A DNA stretch of 64,000 nucleotides from the human T2T-CHM13v2.0 reference genome, Homo sapiens: the NCBI RefSeq assembly GCF_009914755.1, contig NC_060939.1; one strand, given 5' to 3'. Of the stretch, positions 25,956 to 38,659 are shown in pieces; the first letter of the stretch is position 1; each line of letters begins with the position of its first letter. The notes beneath the pieces were generated by a model. It was not told the DNA's origin, searched no databases, and saw only the letters and a program-made list of their open reading frames with translations. Position numbers and translations under genes: made by a program.

Positions 25956-26799
25956 CTCTCTGGTATCCAGAAATTGCCTGTGCCAAGTGTGTGGCTAGCA
26001 TGCTAACGTCCACATCTGTACCAGGCTCCATTTGTCCTGATTTGCTCTAAATGTAAGCTACGCCATCCTCTCTGCCCACACCCCAGATAAGGCTTCTTGC
26101 CTGTGCATTACTGAGTAAAATATATTCGGGCAGCTTCAGGCACATGCTGTACTGAGAAAATTGAGACAAAAGGCTAAGGATGTTTGGGCACAGGCAAGAA
26201 GCTAGATTACAAAGGTACATCACTTTCATATTCATTTGTACATTTTTCCTCATAAGAAAATTAGGCTTTAATGTAACCTCAATTTCAACCTTGTTGCTTT
26301 ATCGCCCAGAGCCCATTAGAGAGCTATTTCCCAGGGCCAGGAACTTATGATTGGAGGTCAGGAGGCTGGGGTTTTAATCGACTCATGATGAAGCTGCTTT
26401 CCTGGGGTGTCACTCACTCTTCTGTCTCAGCTCTGCCCTGTTCTCAGGGCGGTGGGTAGGGGGTGCACCCTACATAAGCAGTGAGGATTTTTCTTAATAC
26501 ACCAGAGGCTGAGTTAACTGCCAATGAGGCGAGGGGGGAGCAGGGAAGGGGATGGGAAACGGCTTCGTTCATTCACTCACAGACCAACATATATCAAAAC
26601 TGAGCAGCTAAAGCTTGCAAATACACTGCCCAAGATAATGTAAGGGCAGGATGTGTTCCCTGCCCTGGGCTAAACCAGGTGTCTAATCCATATTAGGGGG
26701 CACATGAAGAGCCCCTGAGGAGTTTCACGTGTCCCAAAACAAACAATCCTCAAAAAATTCTTCATATAAAACTATCTGCAAATTGGGAATGTTCTCACC

Positions 26800-26986
26800 C
26801 ACTGGTTCTAGATGCACACTGGAAACACCGAGGTAGGCTTAAAAAATGTTGATGCTTGGGCTCCACAGCCCTTTGGAGATTCTAATATAATTGGTCTGGG
26901 GTGTGGCATGGGCACTGGGATTTTTTAACTGTCCCTTCCCCGTCTTCCAGGAGATTCTAACATGCAGGCAAGTTTGAGAAGCACAG
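26800..26986 (+). mobile_element. MER5A1-like hAT element
   Basis: GAGATTCTAATATAATTGGTCTGGGGTGTGGCATGGGCACTGGGATTTTT...GATTCTAACATGCAGGCAAGTTTGAGAAGCAC. Confidence 0.85.
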
Positions 26987-27959
26987 CTCCAGCAGAGGCC
27001 TAAGCCAGATTTCCCAGCCGGCCTCTGACCTGAAATGTCTCCCTAACCTCCATGTCCATACCTGGGAAATAAGAGGGAAGGGCATGACCCTACTGTCTAC
27101 TTCCTACATGCTGGGGCCAACCATTCCAGGTACTTGACACCTCTGGGTAGGATGCTGGTGAGAACACCGGAGCAATTCACTTCAGCCTGCTGCAAAATCC
27201 TCGAAGTCTCGCTTATCCTACTAAATAAAATGTTTATCAGGCCTCAGACTTCAAAACATACATGCGAACAGCCACTGGAGGCCTGTGAGAAGGTTCCTTA
27301 CCCGCCAGCACCTAGCACCATGCCAGCTCTGCTGATTCCCTTCAAAGCAGATTTCCCTTGCTGCTTCCTGAGGTCAGCCTCCTACCTCTTAGCCCATTAT
27401 GCAGCCTGGCACCCCTGCCATTTAGGTGTTGGCTGCTTTTCCTTTAAGCAATTCCCTTATCGGGGCTCAGGGATAATGCAAACATCAGGAAAATACTATT
27501 TTTATATTCTAGTGGGTACAGCTTATAATAATTCATGCTGGTAGGTTTTGTTTCCTATATATTTGGATCCCGACTGCGGTCTACCTCCAGGCAGGAACAA
27601 AATGGATGCAGTTGGAGGCAGCGGGGGAGGCTCCTGAAGCGTTTGATGCCGATTCAGCACCCTCTCTGCCCCCCTGAGAGCAGAGTGTGGAGTCTCACAA
27701 GTGTTGCTTCTCATCAGGAAGCTCAGGAGACCAACAGCAAGAGGGACGCACTGGAACATGGCTTTCTAGCCAGAGAATCCCAAGAGAAGAATAACCCTTT
27801 AGTTTCCGATGTAGGTCATTCTTTAAAAGCAATGCCTTGTCTATATTTATTTAACTATTTTTTAATCTTGTTTTATTTTTTTCCCAGCATAACTTTTCCT
27901 CAATTCCTTTGCTTTTCAAATCCTGCCTGGGAGCAATAAAACCTCTATCAATAAGACTT

Positions 27960-28105
27960 TAAAACCCAGGCTCTGTTACTAAGGAGCCTTGTAACTCTGA
28001 GTACTCAAAGACTGAACCCCTCTCTGAGCCTCAGTTTCTCCATCTGATAAGAAGATCACACTTCACTAGCTGATTGCTAACCTTCCACTCTGACCTCACA
28101 TGACT
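27960..28105 (+). mobile_element. MIR3-like
   Basis: TCTCTGAGCCTCAGTTTCTCCATCTG...CCTTCCACTCTGAC. Confidence 0.65.
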
Positions 28106-29450
28106 CTATCACTGTAATCCCCTTTTTATTCCATTATAATCTTTGGGTCTTATTTCCAGCATCTAATCCATGGCAGGCATTAACATGATCTTTCCTTATA
28201 CAACCCATTCTTATTCCACCCCTGCAAAAACGCAAAAGAAAAAGTGTGTGTTTGGAAAGGGAGGGGATCAATTGGATTTTTTCAAATTTAAAAATGTTCA
28301 TCATCAACCTTTTCTGTGATTGCAATGTTGGTGGTGATGAAAATAAATTGCCTATAAAATATAAAACTGTACCTTTTTGGTCCACTAAATGTCATATTTT
28401 ACATCTATTAACACTAGTATTCATACCAAAAGCCAACTATCGTATTATTGTAAAAAGTGCATCTTGTGAGGGCAAAAGGGATAAGGATACTAAAAAACGT
28501 GACACTGAATGCCCTACACATGTTTATGGAATCTTATGGTGTTTGGGTATTATCCTTGTTATCTCAGGTAGAAAGGTGTTATCAAATTATAAACTTGGGG
28601 GCTGTTGCTATCAAGAGCAGTTAATTTCTTTATTGATACTATTAGATTACAAAATATGTCTATTCCACTAACCCGACAAAAAGAGCACAGTGGTGTGAAA
28701 CAACTGGGCACAAAGAGCCAACAAATTTCGTGGAATTCATGCTTATTTCAGTTATACAGTATATCAGATTGTTCGTTAGATCACAATGAATATGTTATTA
28801 TTTGATCCCAAATATTCCTTTTTGCAAAAATTGGATTACAAAAGTAACTTTATTATACCATTTCAATTATTTCCCTATGAACTAATTCTTTTTAAAAATT
28901 GACAATGCTTCTGATTCCTCTGTTTAGCAAGAATTTTCTTGTTCTGTCCTTCCTCTTTTCTCCTCCCAGTTCCAAATCAGAAGGGTCAACAGGAATACAC
29001 TTAAAAGTCCTATTTTCCACCAAAGCCCTAATATCAAATGCTTTTCATTTGAATAAAATCGGTTCCATTAGCACATTTTTAAAAAATCAATTGGCTAAAA
29101 GGTAGTGAAAAACCATCACATTTCCTGTGAGCAGGATTGTATTGCCACAGGAATGGTGGCATAGGATCCAGAAAAGCAAAATTTCATGTTGGGAAGCTGT
29201 GCTATGATACCAATTGACATAAGTATTAATGTTGTGATCTTTTTGAAATCTTGTATTACATTAAATTATAGTTTCGCAGCTGTGTAAGGAGTAATGGGAA
29301 GAATTCTGGTCACTTTTCTTTAAAAAGCTCCTCCTCTGGGGCTACAAGGAACCAGGCTTGGCTAACATAAGCAGCCCTCCAGTTGACAGCCAGACATAGA
29401 GTCTCCACACCCTAAAATCATCAAAGGCTCTCAGATGTCTTTTCCCCTCC

Positions 29451-29754
29451 AGCTTTATTACAGCCTAACTGACACACAAAAATTGTATGTGTTTATAATA
29501 TATGCACAATGTGTATACAACCTGATATTTTGATATATGTACACATGGTGAAATGATTAAATCCAGCTAATCAACATATCCATCAACTTACACACCTTTT
29601 TTTGTACTGAGAACATTTAAAATCTACTGTCTTAGCAATTTTCAAGTTTATAATAAATTATTTACTATAGTCACTTCATTGTATGACATCCAGAACTTAT
29701 TCATCCTAACTAAAATTCTATACCCTTTGACCAACATCACTTCATTCCCCCTCC
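29451..29754 (-). mobile_element. L1MA (MA8/9-like) 3' end
   Basis: AGCTTTATT...GTGAAATGATTAAATCCAGCTAATCAACATATCCATC...GAGAACATTTAAAATCTACT...CCAGAACTTATTCATC. Confidence 0.88.
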
Positions 29755-29879
29755 TTGCTTTTTAAAAAATGACTACTGTATAGGGACAGTGAAGAGTATG
29801 AAATAAGGAAACTATCTATTTTCAAAGAGTTGTAATTAACAAGCTACTGGTTTTTTCACCTCCTATTGTAGATGCCAGA

Positions 29880-30060
29880 TAGAATATTCACGTCTTATCT
29901 TGTTTGAACATCAAAACACTCTCCCACATACACCTGATAAATATCACTATCTCCATTTTACAGAAGAGAAAATGGAAATTTAAAGTGTTTAAGTAACTTA
30001 CACAGGACCTCCCTATTGGAACTCCATGAGCCTGCGATCAGCCCACGCTCTCTCCACCAT
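29880..30060 (-). mobile_element. MIR
   Basis: TATCTCCATTTTACAGAAGAGAAAATGGA...TTAAGTAACTT. Confidence 0.65.
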
Positions 30061-31426
30061 TCCATGCCGCTGGAGTGCACCACAAAGCAAGATAAAACAC
30101 CAAAGAGGAAAGCAACTTAGGTTGTTAAGTCAATAAACTAAGGCAAACAACACTGCATGCATTTTATTCTTCCAATATATTTTTGGCGGAGAACAAATTG
30201 CCCTGGGAGAGGTATTGTATAATTTCATTTGGAGCCTCATCCTTCTGGTAGCAGCAAACTGAAACACACACACACTAAAATCAGATTGCAATTAAAATCC
30301 AATTATAAATATATTACTATATTAGACACCTACCCAGGAAAGATCCAGCAGGGGACCTTCTCTGAAAGGCAGTGTGTCACAGTCTTCAAACTGCTTCCAC
30401 GTGTACTTCTGACTGTGCCCCCTGACCTTGAGTGTGTGTTAAACAATGCTTGGCAGTTTTTCTCTGAGTGGAAAGGACTCAATTTATGTCTCATCATGGA
30501 GTAAGTTTAATAATACTATTACCAATTTGCTTTGGAGAATGACATGCAAGGAATATTAAATCTTCCTCATGCAGACTATTAAACAAATTAAACACAGCAT
30601 TTAAACTGGTGGGATTCAAGAGATGGAATCTGTGTGAGGTTAGGAAACGGAGCCACAAAAAAAGGTCCACATGTGATGTTCACACCTTTTCGGCTCTTTG
30701 TTCAAACTGTACGTTATATCTCTGACTTGAAATGTCTGGCAAACAGATCTCCAAAGCAATGGGCAGTCACATCCCCTCTACCCAAAGCTTTGTTTTCTTA
30801 CAACATGATGCACAAACGAAATGAATGGCAATCAACACCAAGTATGCATCATGTCTGACGATTCTGGAGTTTCCTTTCAGTTGCCTTCTAGAAGATTTGT
30901 GCTGCTGGCATTTAAGTTGATTTTCTTTAATTTGACAGAACATTTCAACAGCAGAACTCAGGCTTCCAATATTTTTCAATAGTTGTCCTTGAGCTCATTT
31001 GTCATCATTAACACGGGCCATCCAGACAGATCACCCAGCACAACTCCATTCACCCGTCCAGTTCTCCGGTGAGGGTGCAGTACCTGGGCTGGCTCTCAAT
31101 ATTTTTAATTTATGAAAATGTCTAAAGGCCAGCCACCGGACCCCCACAGTTTCTTTTTAAGTGGTCTGGCATAGACTATGAGGCCACACTGTATGCATCA
31201 GCTTCTTACAGCTATAGGACAGGTGCTAATTAATCTACCTAATTATGCAGTCCAGTAGAAGAGGCTTACCCATAGGATTTTAAATCTGGAGGAAAAAAAC
31301 AAGGGAAGGAGAAAGGGAGGGAAAATGCTTTTGGTTTCACACTGAAACATAATTTCAAGAGTCAGCTTATTTATCATTTCTACTTAAGTTGGAATGATTT
31401 GTATATTTTCCCTATATCATAATTGC

Positions 31427-31480
31427 TGTGTGTGTGTATGCACACGTGTGTGTGTGTGTGTGTGTCTGTGTGTGAGTGTG
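31427..31480. repeat. Imperfect (TG)n microsatellite
   Basis: TGTGTGTGTGTATGCACACGTGTGTGTGTG...GTGTG. Confidence 0.9.
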
Positions 31481-31549
31481 TTTCTGCAAGGGTATACTTT
31501 TAAAGCACTAGAAAAAAACAGCAAATTGACCGGAGAATTATTAGCTTAC

Positions 31550-31563
31550 CTTTATTTTTTAAA
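31550..31563 (-). other. Candidate 14-nt microexon
   Basis: Minus strand T10CTTTCTGTATTTGCAG|TTTAAAAAATAAAG|GTAAGC. Confidence 0.3.
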
Positions 31564-32549
31564 CTGCAAATACAGAAAGAAAAAAAAAATCTAAACAGTA
31601 TATAAACTTAAAATCAGTCACATGAAATGTGCAGGATCTCAAATGATGCTGTAATTCCAGCAGGCTCCTGTTTGCAGTTAACCACTTACAGGGCCAGTCA
31701 CTGGAATTCCCTGGGCATCCACACAAATGAATATAATTACAGATACCATGAGCACAGACCTATGACGCTGTTGATTACGTTAGATAACTCAGGGATACGG
31801 GGAGAGAGAAATCCTGGGGTGTGCAATCGATGTTGTCACATATATTCCCATGGTTTTTCCAGCTTTACGGAAGGGTTGAAATGTTCTTTCTCTGGTTCCA
31901 ACTGCCAGGGACACATATGAATGCTGTGATATCTGTCAGGGAAGGGGAAATAACTCCTGAATTTCCTCCAGGGGAGTAAAAGCAGATCACAAAGGATCTA
32001 GTGTCTCAGAACACAACCAAATATTGGCAATGCATCCTGAGACAAGAGTCAAGTGCTAAGCAAAGTCAATCAGCACACGATGGCCCCAGGAATGAGAGCA
32101 ACCAACCTGGTCCTGCACGCTCATTTACATGGGACCCAAGAAGAGACACTGGCCGTGGCACCACGTGCCTGCCTTGGGCCCACTCCCTTCTACGAGTGCC
32201 CTTAACCCTTTACAAAATAATAACTAGTGTCATGAATTAAAATAGCTGAAAATAATTTTTAAAAATGAATAATTTAAGAATTCACATGTCTCGTTAACAC
32301 TAAATGACTTTCCAGCTGGGCAGAAAATCAAACTCTGCATTTGGCAGTTTTACAAGTCATTATGGAAATATGTCTACTCTTCATTTGATCTCCTATTTCT
32401 AGATATCTTCCCCAATTCTAGATATTTTCCTTCTCTATATGTTACAGAAGGTATTTCAAAAGGCTAAAAAATTGGGTGCCATTTGTGATTCGAGAGGGAT
32501 AAAAAAAAGAAATAGTAAAATACCTGGCGATTTAAAATGGCAATGTTTT

Positions 32550-32860
32550 CTTGAAAACATTGTGTTAAGTGAAAGAAGCCAGACATAACAGGCCACATAT
32601 TGTAATGATTCCATTTATACGGAATATCTAGAAAAGGCAAATATACAGAGACAGAAGGTAGATTAGTGGTTTCCAGGGACTAAGGAGAGGAGGTTATGGG
32701 GGATGATCGCTTAATGGGTACAGGGTTTCTGCTCGGGGGGATGAAAAGGTTCTGGAACTAGATAGTGGTGATGGTTGCACACTGTGAATGTACTTAAAGC
32801 CAATGCCTGGTACCTTTTTAAATGGTAAATTTTATGTTATGTATAATTTGCAATAAAAAA
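32550..32860 (+). mobile_element. L1MB (MB7/8-like) 3' end
   Basis: CTTGAAAACATTGTGTTAAGTGAAAGAAGCCAGAC...GATTAGTGGTTTCCAGGG...CTAGATAGTGGTGATGGTTGCAC...AATAAAAAA. Confidence 0.9.
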
Positions 32861-33759
32861 TGTGATACTGTTTTAAATGGTAGAGTTTAAAGCTTGGGTT
32901 CTAATGAATGACAGTTCAGTCAAAGGATCAGAAATTCCGGGCACTCTGCTAACCCTACCAGGGCTTCACAAGGAATTTAAAAAGAGAAGGACAATGCTTC
33001 CATCTCCCTGGTTTCCTGTCTTAATCTTCTGATCTTGAGATCTGCCTGCAACTGAAAGAGATGCAGAACTGGGAAAAGAGGAACAAGGAGGCAGATCCCC
33101 ACTTTCCCCCACCTTTCTTAATCAAAAAGACCAACACACATTCAGTAAACAGGGTTTCCAATGTATTCCATTTCCTCAGAGTGTTTACAAACAACAAGAA
33201 ATGAAAGGTGTATAAGATTACTGCTTATAAACTCCAAACTGCTCTGCATGGCTGCACCCTGATAGTGTCTCCTTTCCTTATCAAAAAGGAAGAAGAAAAA
33301 CAGGAAGAAAGCAGAAAGGGAATGGAGAGAAGGAGAGATGACAGTATCATTAGACACCTCTTGGGTCATGAGTGCCTAATGAATATCTTTCCATTGCTCT
33401 GAAAAGAAATAATATATTAGTTATAATATTAGCATAATAATTTACTGGTTATTTCATCTATAAAATGGACACAACTCATATTTGTTTTGGAAGGGATGAG
33501 ATAAATGTACACATCTGATTTCTGATGCTGGGAGTTGGCTCTACATGATCTCAGAGCCAAAGACTTCAAAATCTTCCACAACCCTCTCATTTCACATGTG
33601 GAAAAAAACAAAGGCTCAGGAAAGAAAATATCTGAAAAGATGATATTTTATGGTGGGCTTTATAGGTTTTGATTCTATGAAAATGGAAGAACCAAGTGAA
33701 TGCTTTGTGGACGCACTGCCTTTCGCAGTGTGAGATGTTTTGGCAGGAAGGTCTGCTTA

Positions 33760-33998
33760 GAATTCAGAATTTATAGATATGAGTTCAAACTGTGTTTCGC
33801 CATTTGATAGCTAAAGTATTGAGTAAGTAATTAATATATTTGGGGCTTAATTTCCTCCTCCATAAAATGGAGATAAGTATATCTAGATATAAGGTCACTT
33901 AAAGGATTAAATGAGAAAAACACAGGTAAATGATTTAGCACAGTACTTGGAGCAGAAGTACTTGGTACATGGTAGTTGTTGGTAGCATTACTACTATT
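33760..33998 (+). mobile_element. MIR
   Basis: TTTCCTCCTCCATAAAATGGAGATAA...GGATTAAATGAG...TTAGCACAGTACTTGG. Confidence 0.8.
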
Positions 33999-34939
33999 AA
34001 AATCCACTCTAGAATGGGTGTTCCCTAAACAGTTCTTTCAACTTTTCTGCACATTTCAAAATGTTCATAATAAAATGGGAATCACATTTAAAAAACATAG
34101 GGCTTCAAGAAGAAATAAAGAAGAGAAGGTGAGCATCTATCTTCACAATTACTCCTGGTATCACTGAGACCCAGCCAAGTTTTAAAAACAATTCATCAAT
34201 AGTGGTGAAGCCCAGGTCTCCTGACTCCAAATATAAGTCTAACCAATATTATATGCATATAAATAACTTCAGTACACGTGTACAGTTCAGACGATGCACC
34301 TACTACTCAGCCCTCTGTAATATCCAGTGAGGCAAAACCCAAGTCACTCAAGAGTGGGAAGGATTAGCGTGCTATGGTTGGCCAACCAGGTCACACCACT
34401 TTTGAACACTGGGTGTAAACTTGATGGTCACTAACATTCCTGACCATGTGCTTTTACCAGGATCTATGTCACTAACTCTCTAGGTGGCCTCATCCCACTT
34501 GTGATTCAGCAAAATGCTTTCACTCTTTGTGTATTTATCTGTTAATAAATAAATCCATGTTTTAAAAGTTTTGAATTGTCTGTAGAAAATAAATCTAGAC
34601 TCTTTCATCAGAGACTTCTAGCAGATTTCAGCAGCATTTGCTGGAGCAAGGTGACTCCAGCATTTCTCTAGAGGACACAGCTGCAGGCTCTTTGGAGCTA
34701 CTCCTGGGTTGGGGTGAGTGGGGACTGAGGACTTCCTGGGGAAAGACTGAGGGAAATTATAGGGGACTTTGGCCATCCACTGGAAAACTGGAGGAACTGG
34801 GATCTAGTTACTCATGCTATAGAAGTAATAATGTTATTAATAGAACATGTGCTACACTACTGACTATCCGTTAGACAGTGCTTTAAGCACTTTTAATGTA
34901 TTCACTCATTTAATATGAAATGAAAGGCAATGTGCCAAC

Positions 34940-35130
34940 ATCGGAGCTCAATTTGGTACAGTGGAAAAACATACTGAGCAGAAATTCCAACGTGGGCAGG
35001 GCTGGGGAAGGAGTAGGGCAGGAGTGAGAAAAATGAAACTGGACTCCAGTTCTGCCACCAAACGGATGTGTAACTCTAAGCAAGTCATTTCTCCTTTTTT
35101 TGGTAAAATTTCATACTTGGCAAATAGGAA
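34940..35130 (+). mobile_element. MIR (decayed)
   Basis: CCAGTTCTGCCACCAA...GTGTAACTCTAAGCAAGTCATTT. Confidence 0.55.
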
Positions 35131-37580
35131 AAACTTCACTTGGAAAAAACAGCACTGAATTGGAACTGGGGGTAGATGCTGTAACCCTGATTACTAGTGG
35201 AGATGGAACTTATGGGTAGAATTCATGCCCCTTGGGGCATTCTCCATTGCCTCCCTCACTTTCTCCTTCCCTCCCTCCCTCTCTCTTTTTAAAATAGAAA
35301 TCAGATTTGCATTCAAGTCTTTTAAAAAAGGAGGAATTTGCTCACTAATCTATCTATTCCTGGTATAAAATGGAAGTAGAAATTCATTGAAATGCATGTA
35401 ATCTAGGGGTTTACAGAAACAGTATCATTCCAGAAAAATGAATTCAATTTGTTTTAATTTCCTCAAAGTTTAACCACATTAAATGCTAGCATATATACAT
35501 GTCAACAGGAAAATTATTAGGTTTTTTTTTTATCTTAACGGATGTTTGAATGATTGATAAACCATGACCTCCATCAAGACAAAACAAAGACAATTCAACA
35601 AAGTGTCTTACAGCTCGATTGTTCTTGCTGTTTACAAAGTTTTTTCACGGTAAAGTATAATTACCCTTGACCCGATTTTATAGGCATTACATATCCCAGT
35701 TCCGGATAAAAGGATAAAAGACTTTTATCCTTCTTTTCAATATTATTTTTATAGTAATCACAAGATACTTTAATAAGTAAGGTCAAAAGATAAATAATGA
35801 AAATGTAGATTTCAATATGCTATAATTCCAGTTGTAAAAAAATGAAGTGCAATAACTTAGGGTTTGTTCTTTAGCAATTATAAACATAAATAGAATTTCC
35901 TTCAGCTTTTACACAGATTCTAAGTCTGCTGTAACAGTCCTGCTGTCAGAAATGCAAACAGCTGAAAGAACAAACACCAACTTTACCTACTATTCTATAA
36001 ATAAGGTTAAACTATACTGCTGGCAGGGGAAACGCAGCCCATAAATTTGGTACCACCATTTGCTTGGTACATTTATATGATTGACCTGTATAAATGTATG
36101 CTGTTTTCACTGTTGACACTTTTATAAATATAAAGAACTGCTGAATAAATCCGGCTATATATCTCTTTGTATCAAAATGGAACACTCGACTGTTGTGAAA
36201 TCTGGCGGTTAATAAAAATAGCCTGCTTTTTTATTAGCTTCATCCAACTACGGGAACAGAATAGTTTAACAGTAACTAAGTATGCTTCAAAAGGTAACTC
36301 TCTAAAAGTAAAACTGTAAATACTAGAAAATGTATCATACTAGAAAAGGTATAAAGGGAAACATTTTGTTCATTATCCCCCCACCAAAAAAAAAAACTTG
36401 CCCTGTTTTTTAAGGAAATACTTTTCAAATTATGCATATAAAGTAATATCGATCAGGTAATATATATAATGTTCTGCATGGTAACTGCTAATGCCCTGTG
36501 GGGGTGTAAAGAGAAAGCCATTCTTCTTTGCATCTTCCTGAGCCTTGTAACCATGGAATAGTCACAATGTGCATGGCAGAACTCTCAGAAGACTTAAGGT
36601 AATGATTGGAGTAACAGTAAAATAAATTACATTTACCCTTTCCGCAAGGTTACATAACCACCTTATGAAAACAAAACAAACGAAACCAAAAATGACCCAA
36701 AGTAAAAAGAATCTGGAGAAGCATCTATGAGGATAAAGAAACCCGGAGAGTTGAGGGCTGATGGCTGATCAGAGAATGAGGTCCGCTGACTCTAATGTCA
36801 GGCAAGCCCAGGGGAAAGGGTGAGTCACAAGTCGGGATGGCCAAGGAGGGCCCAGACAGACAAAAGTTTTGTTGGCTCGAATGGAGGTACTCTGGGGCCA
36901 CGACTACATTCACCCCATGAACTTACCTTCTCTGTTCTCCTCCAACCTGAGATAAACCAGTCCTTTCTTGAAATTGACTGGGTGCTGTGGCATTATACTT
37001 AAGGTTTCTTTTTAGTTCCAGGAATCTGGGAACATTTGCTATGATGCCACCCCCTTACCTTTTCTAACGCCTACCCTTCTTCCTACTGCATCATCAGGCT
37101 CAATGAAAATAAATCTTTAACTGTAGCAAAATACACTTAAATTCTTCCACAGGAAGGCAAAGGCTCATGAACATCTTGCCAAAACACAACTGAAAGGAGA
37201 GGCCAAGTTTGTTTGTTGAAATCACTGTCTGGTTTCTTTTACTATATGTCTGATTTCTTGCAGACTCAAGCAGGTAGGTCACTGATTTCTGGAACCACAA
37301 TTTACTATGTGAACAGCCCTGGGTTTCCTTCCTTTGCCCTCAGAACTGTTATTTGGGACTCAGGATGAGCACCCTGATTTAGCCATTTATGGCTCAATGA
37401 AACTTTATGTCCCTCCCTCAGAGTCTAAGAATTGGCTTGGCCAAGCCAGCCTGAAAGTGCAGAATGGTCTGCCGGCTTATTGATGATCTAGAGTGTTCAT
37501 ACACTAAGGAAAGTTTCCTCATCAGTTTGATTTTAAAAAGATTCCCTTTCCCACTTAAGAACATCTAGTCCAGTAACAAC

Positions 37581-37787
37581 AAAGAGCATGGGCTCTGCAG
37601 ACTGCTGCTGGGCTGTGAATACCAGCTCCCTATGTAAGGTTCTGTGCCTCGGTGCCTCATTTACAAGGCCAGAGGTTCTAACAGCATCTCATAAACTCTG
37701 CAAGGCAGGAGCAAAGAATCCCTGGAAAACATTGAGGAGGGTGCCAGGAACAGAGGAGGCACTCAATAAGTATTAGCCTTTACTATT
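37581..37787 (+). mobile_element. MIR
   Basis: AAGAGCATGGGCTCTG...TCTGTGCCTCGGTGCCTCATTT...GGCACTCAATAAGTATTAGC. Confidence 0.75.
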
Positions 37788-38131
37788 AACCCATTAAAAA
37801 TGCTGCAAGAATTCCTATTCTCAACCCCTTGGGTAGGAATAATAATACAAAACTATGCAATGGTCCAATGTTGATTTATTCAAACACAAATGTGCTTATA
37901 AAATCACATTCTAGATGATGAAATGCACACCACAATGTTCAAACCTTAGACCTTGTTCTGGTTGTCCTTGGCGCAGTATACATGACACAAGCAAGCATCT
38001 GACAGGTGTGACCACACTTTGAGACTCTTCAGAGTTCTATGGGCCTTTGGAAGGGTGGGCAGTTTCCTTCTTCAGTGGGTCACTCACTCACTCCCCAATC
38101 TTCTACTTACTACCGCCTATAGAATCATAGA

Positions 38132-38274
38132 CCCTGTCCAATATACCACTATCCTGAGAGATTTCAAGCCAAAAAATACCCTTCCAGGCCACTTCCATGC
38201 CACTATCCTGAGAGATTTCAAGCAAACCCCTGTCCAACATACCACTGTCCTGAGAGATTTCAAGCAAAAAAATA
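38132..38274. repeat. Three-copy irregular direct repeat with a 24-bp core
   Basis: CCACT(A/G)TCCTGAGAGATTTCAAGC at 38146, 38200 and 38242. Confidence 0.93.

Positions 38275-38659
<385 letters not shown>

Noticed and set aside
28285-28349. Imperfect hairpin with a box C-like GTGATGA (miRNA or snoRNA?)
   Set aside because: Short bulged stem, no box D at a suitable distance and no known family recognised
36039-36050. CArG-like boxes (also 63015)
   Set aside because: A/T cores are 8 and 7 bp, not the canonical CC(A/T)6GG
36927-37120. Minus-strand exon-like units (20 nt at 36927-36946; 62 nt at 37059-37120)
   Set aside because: Donors are good but the acceptors are weak or ambiguous; indistinguishable from pseudoexons
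38146-38265. CRISPR-like repeat-spacer appearance
   Set aside because: Primate DNA, only three copies, spacers related to the flanks, no cas genes
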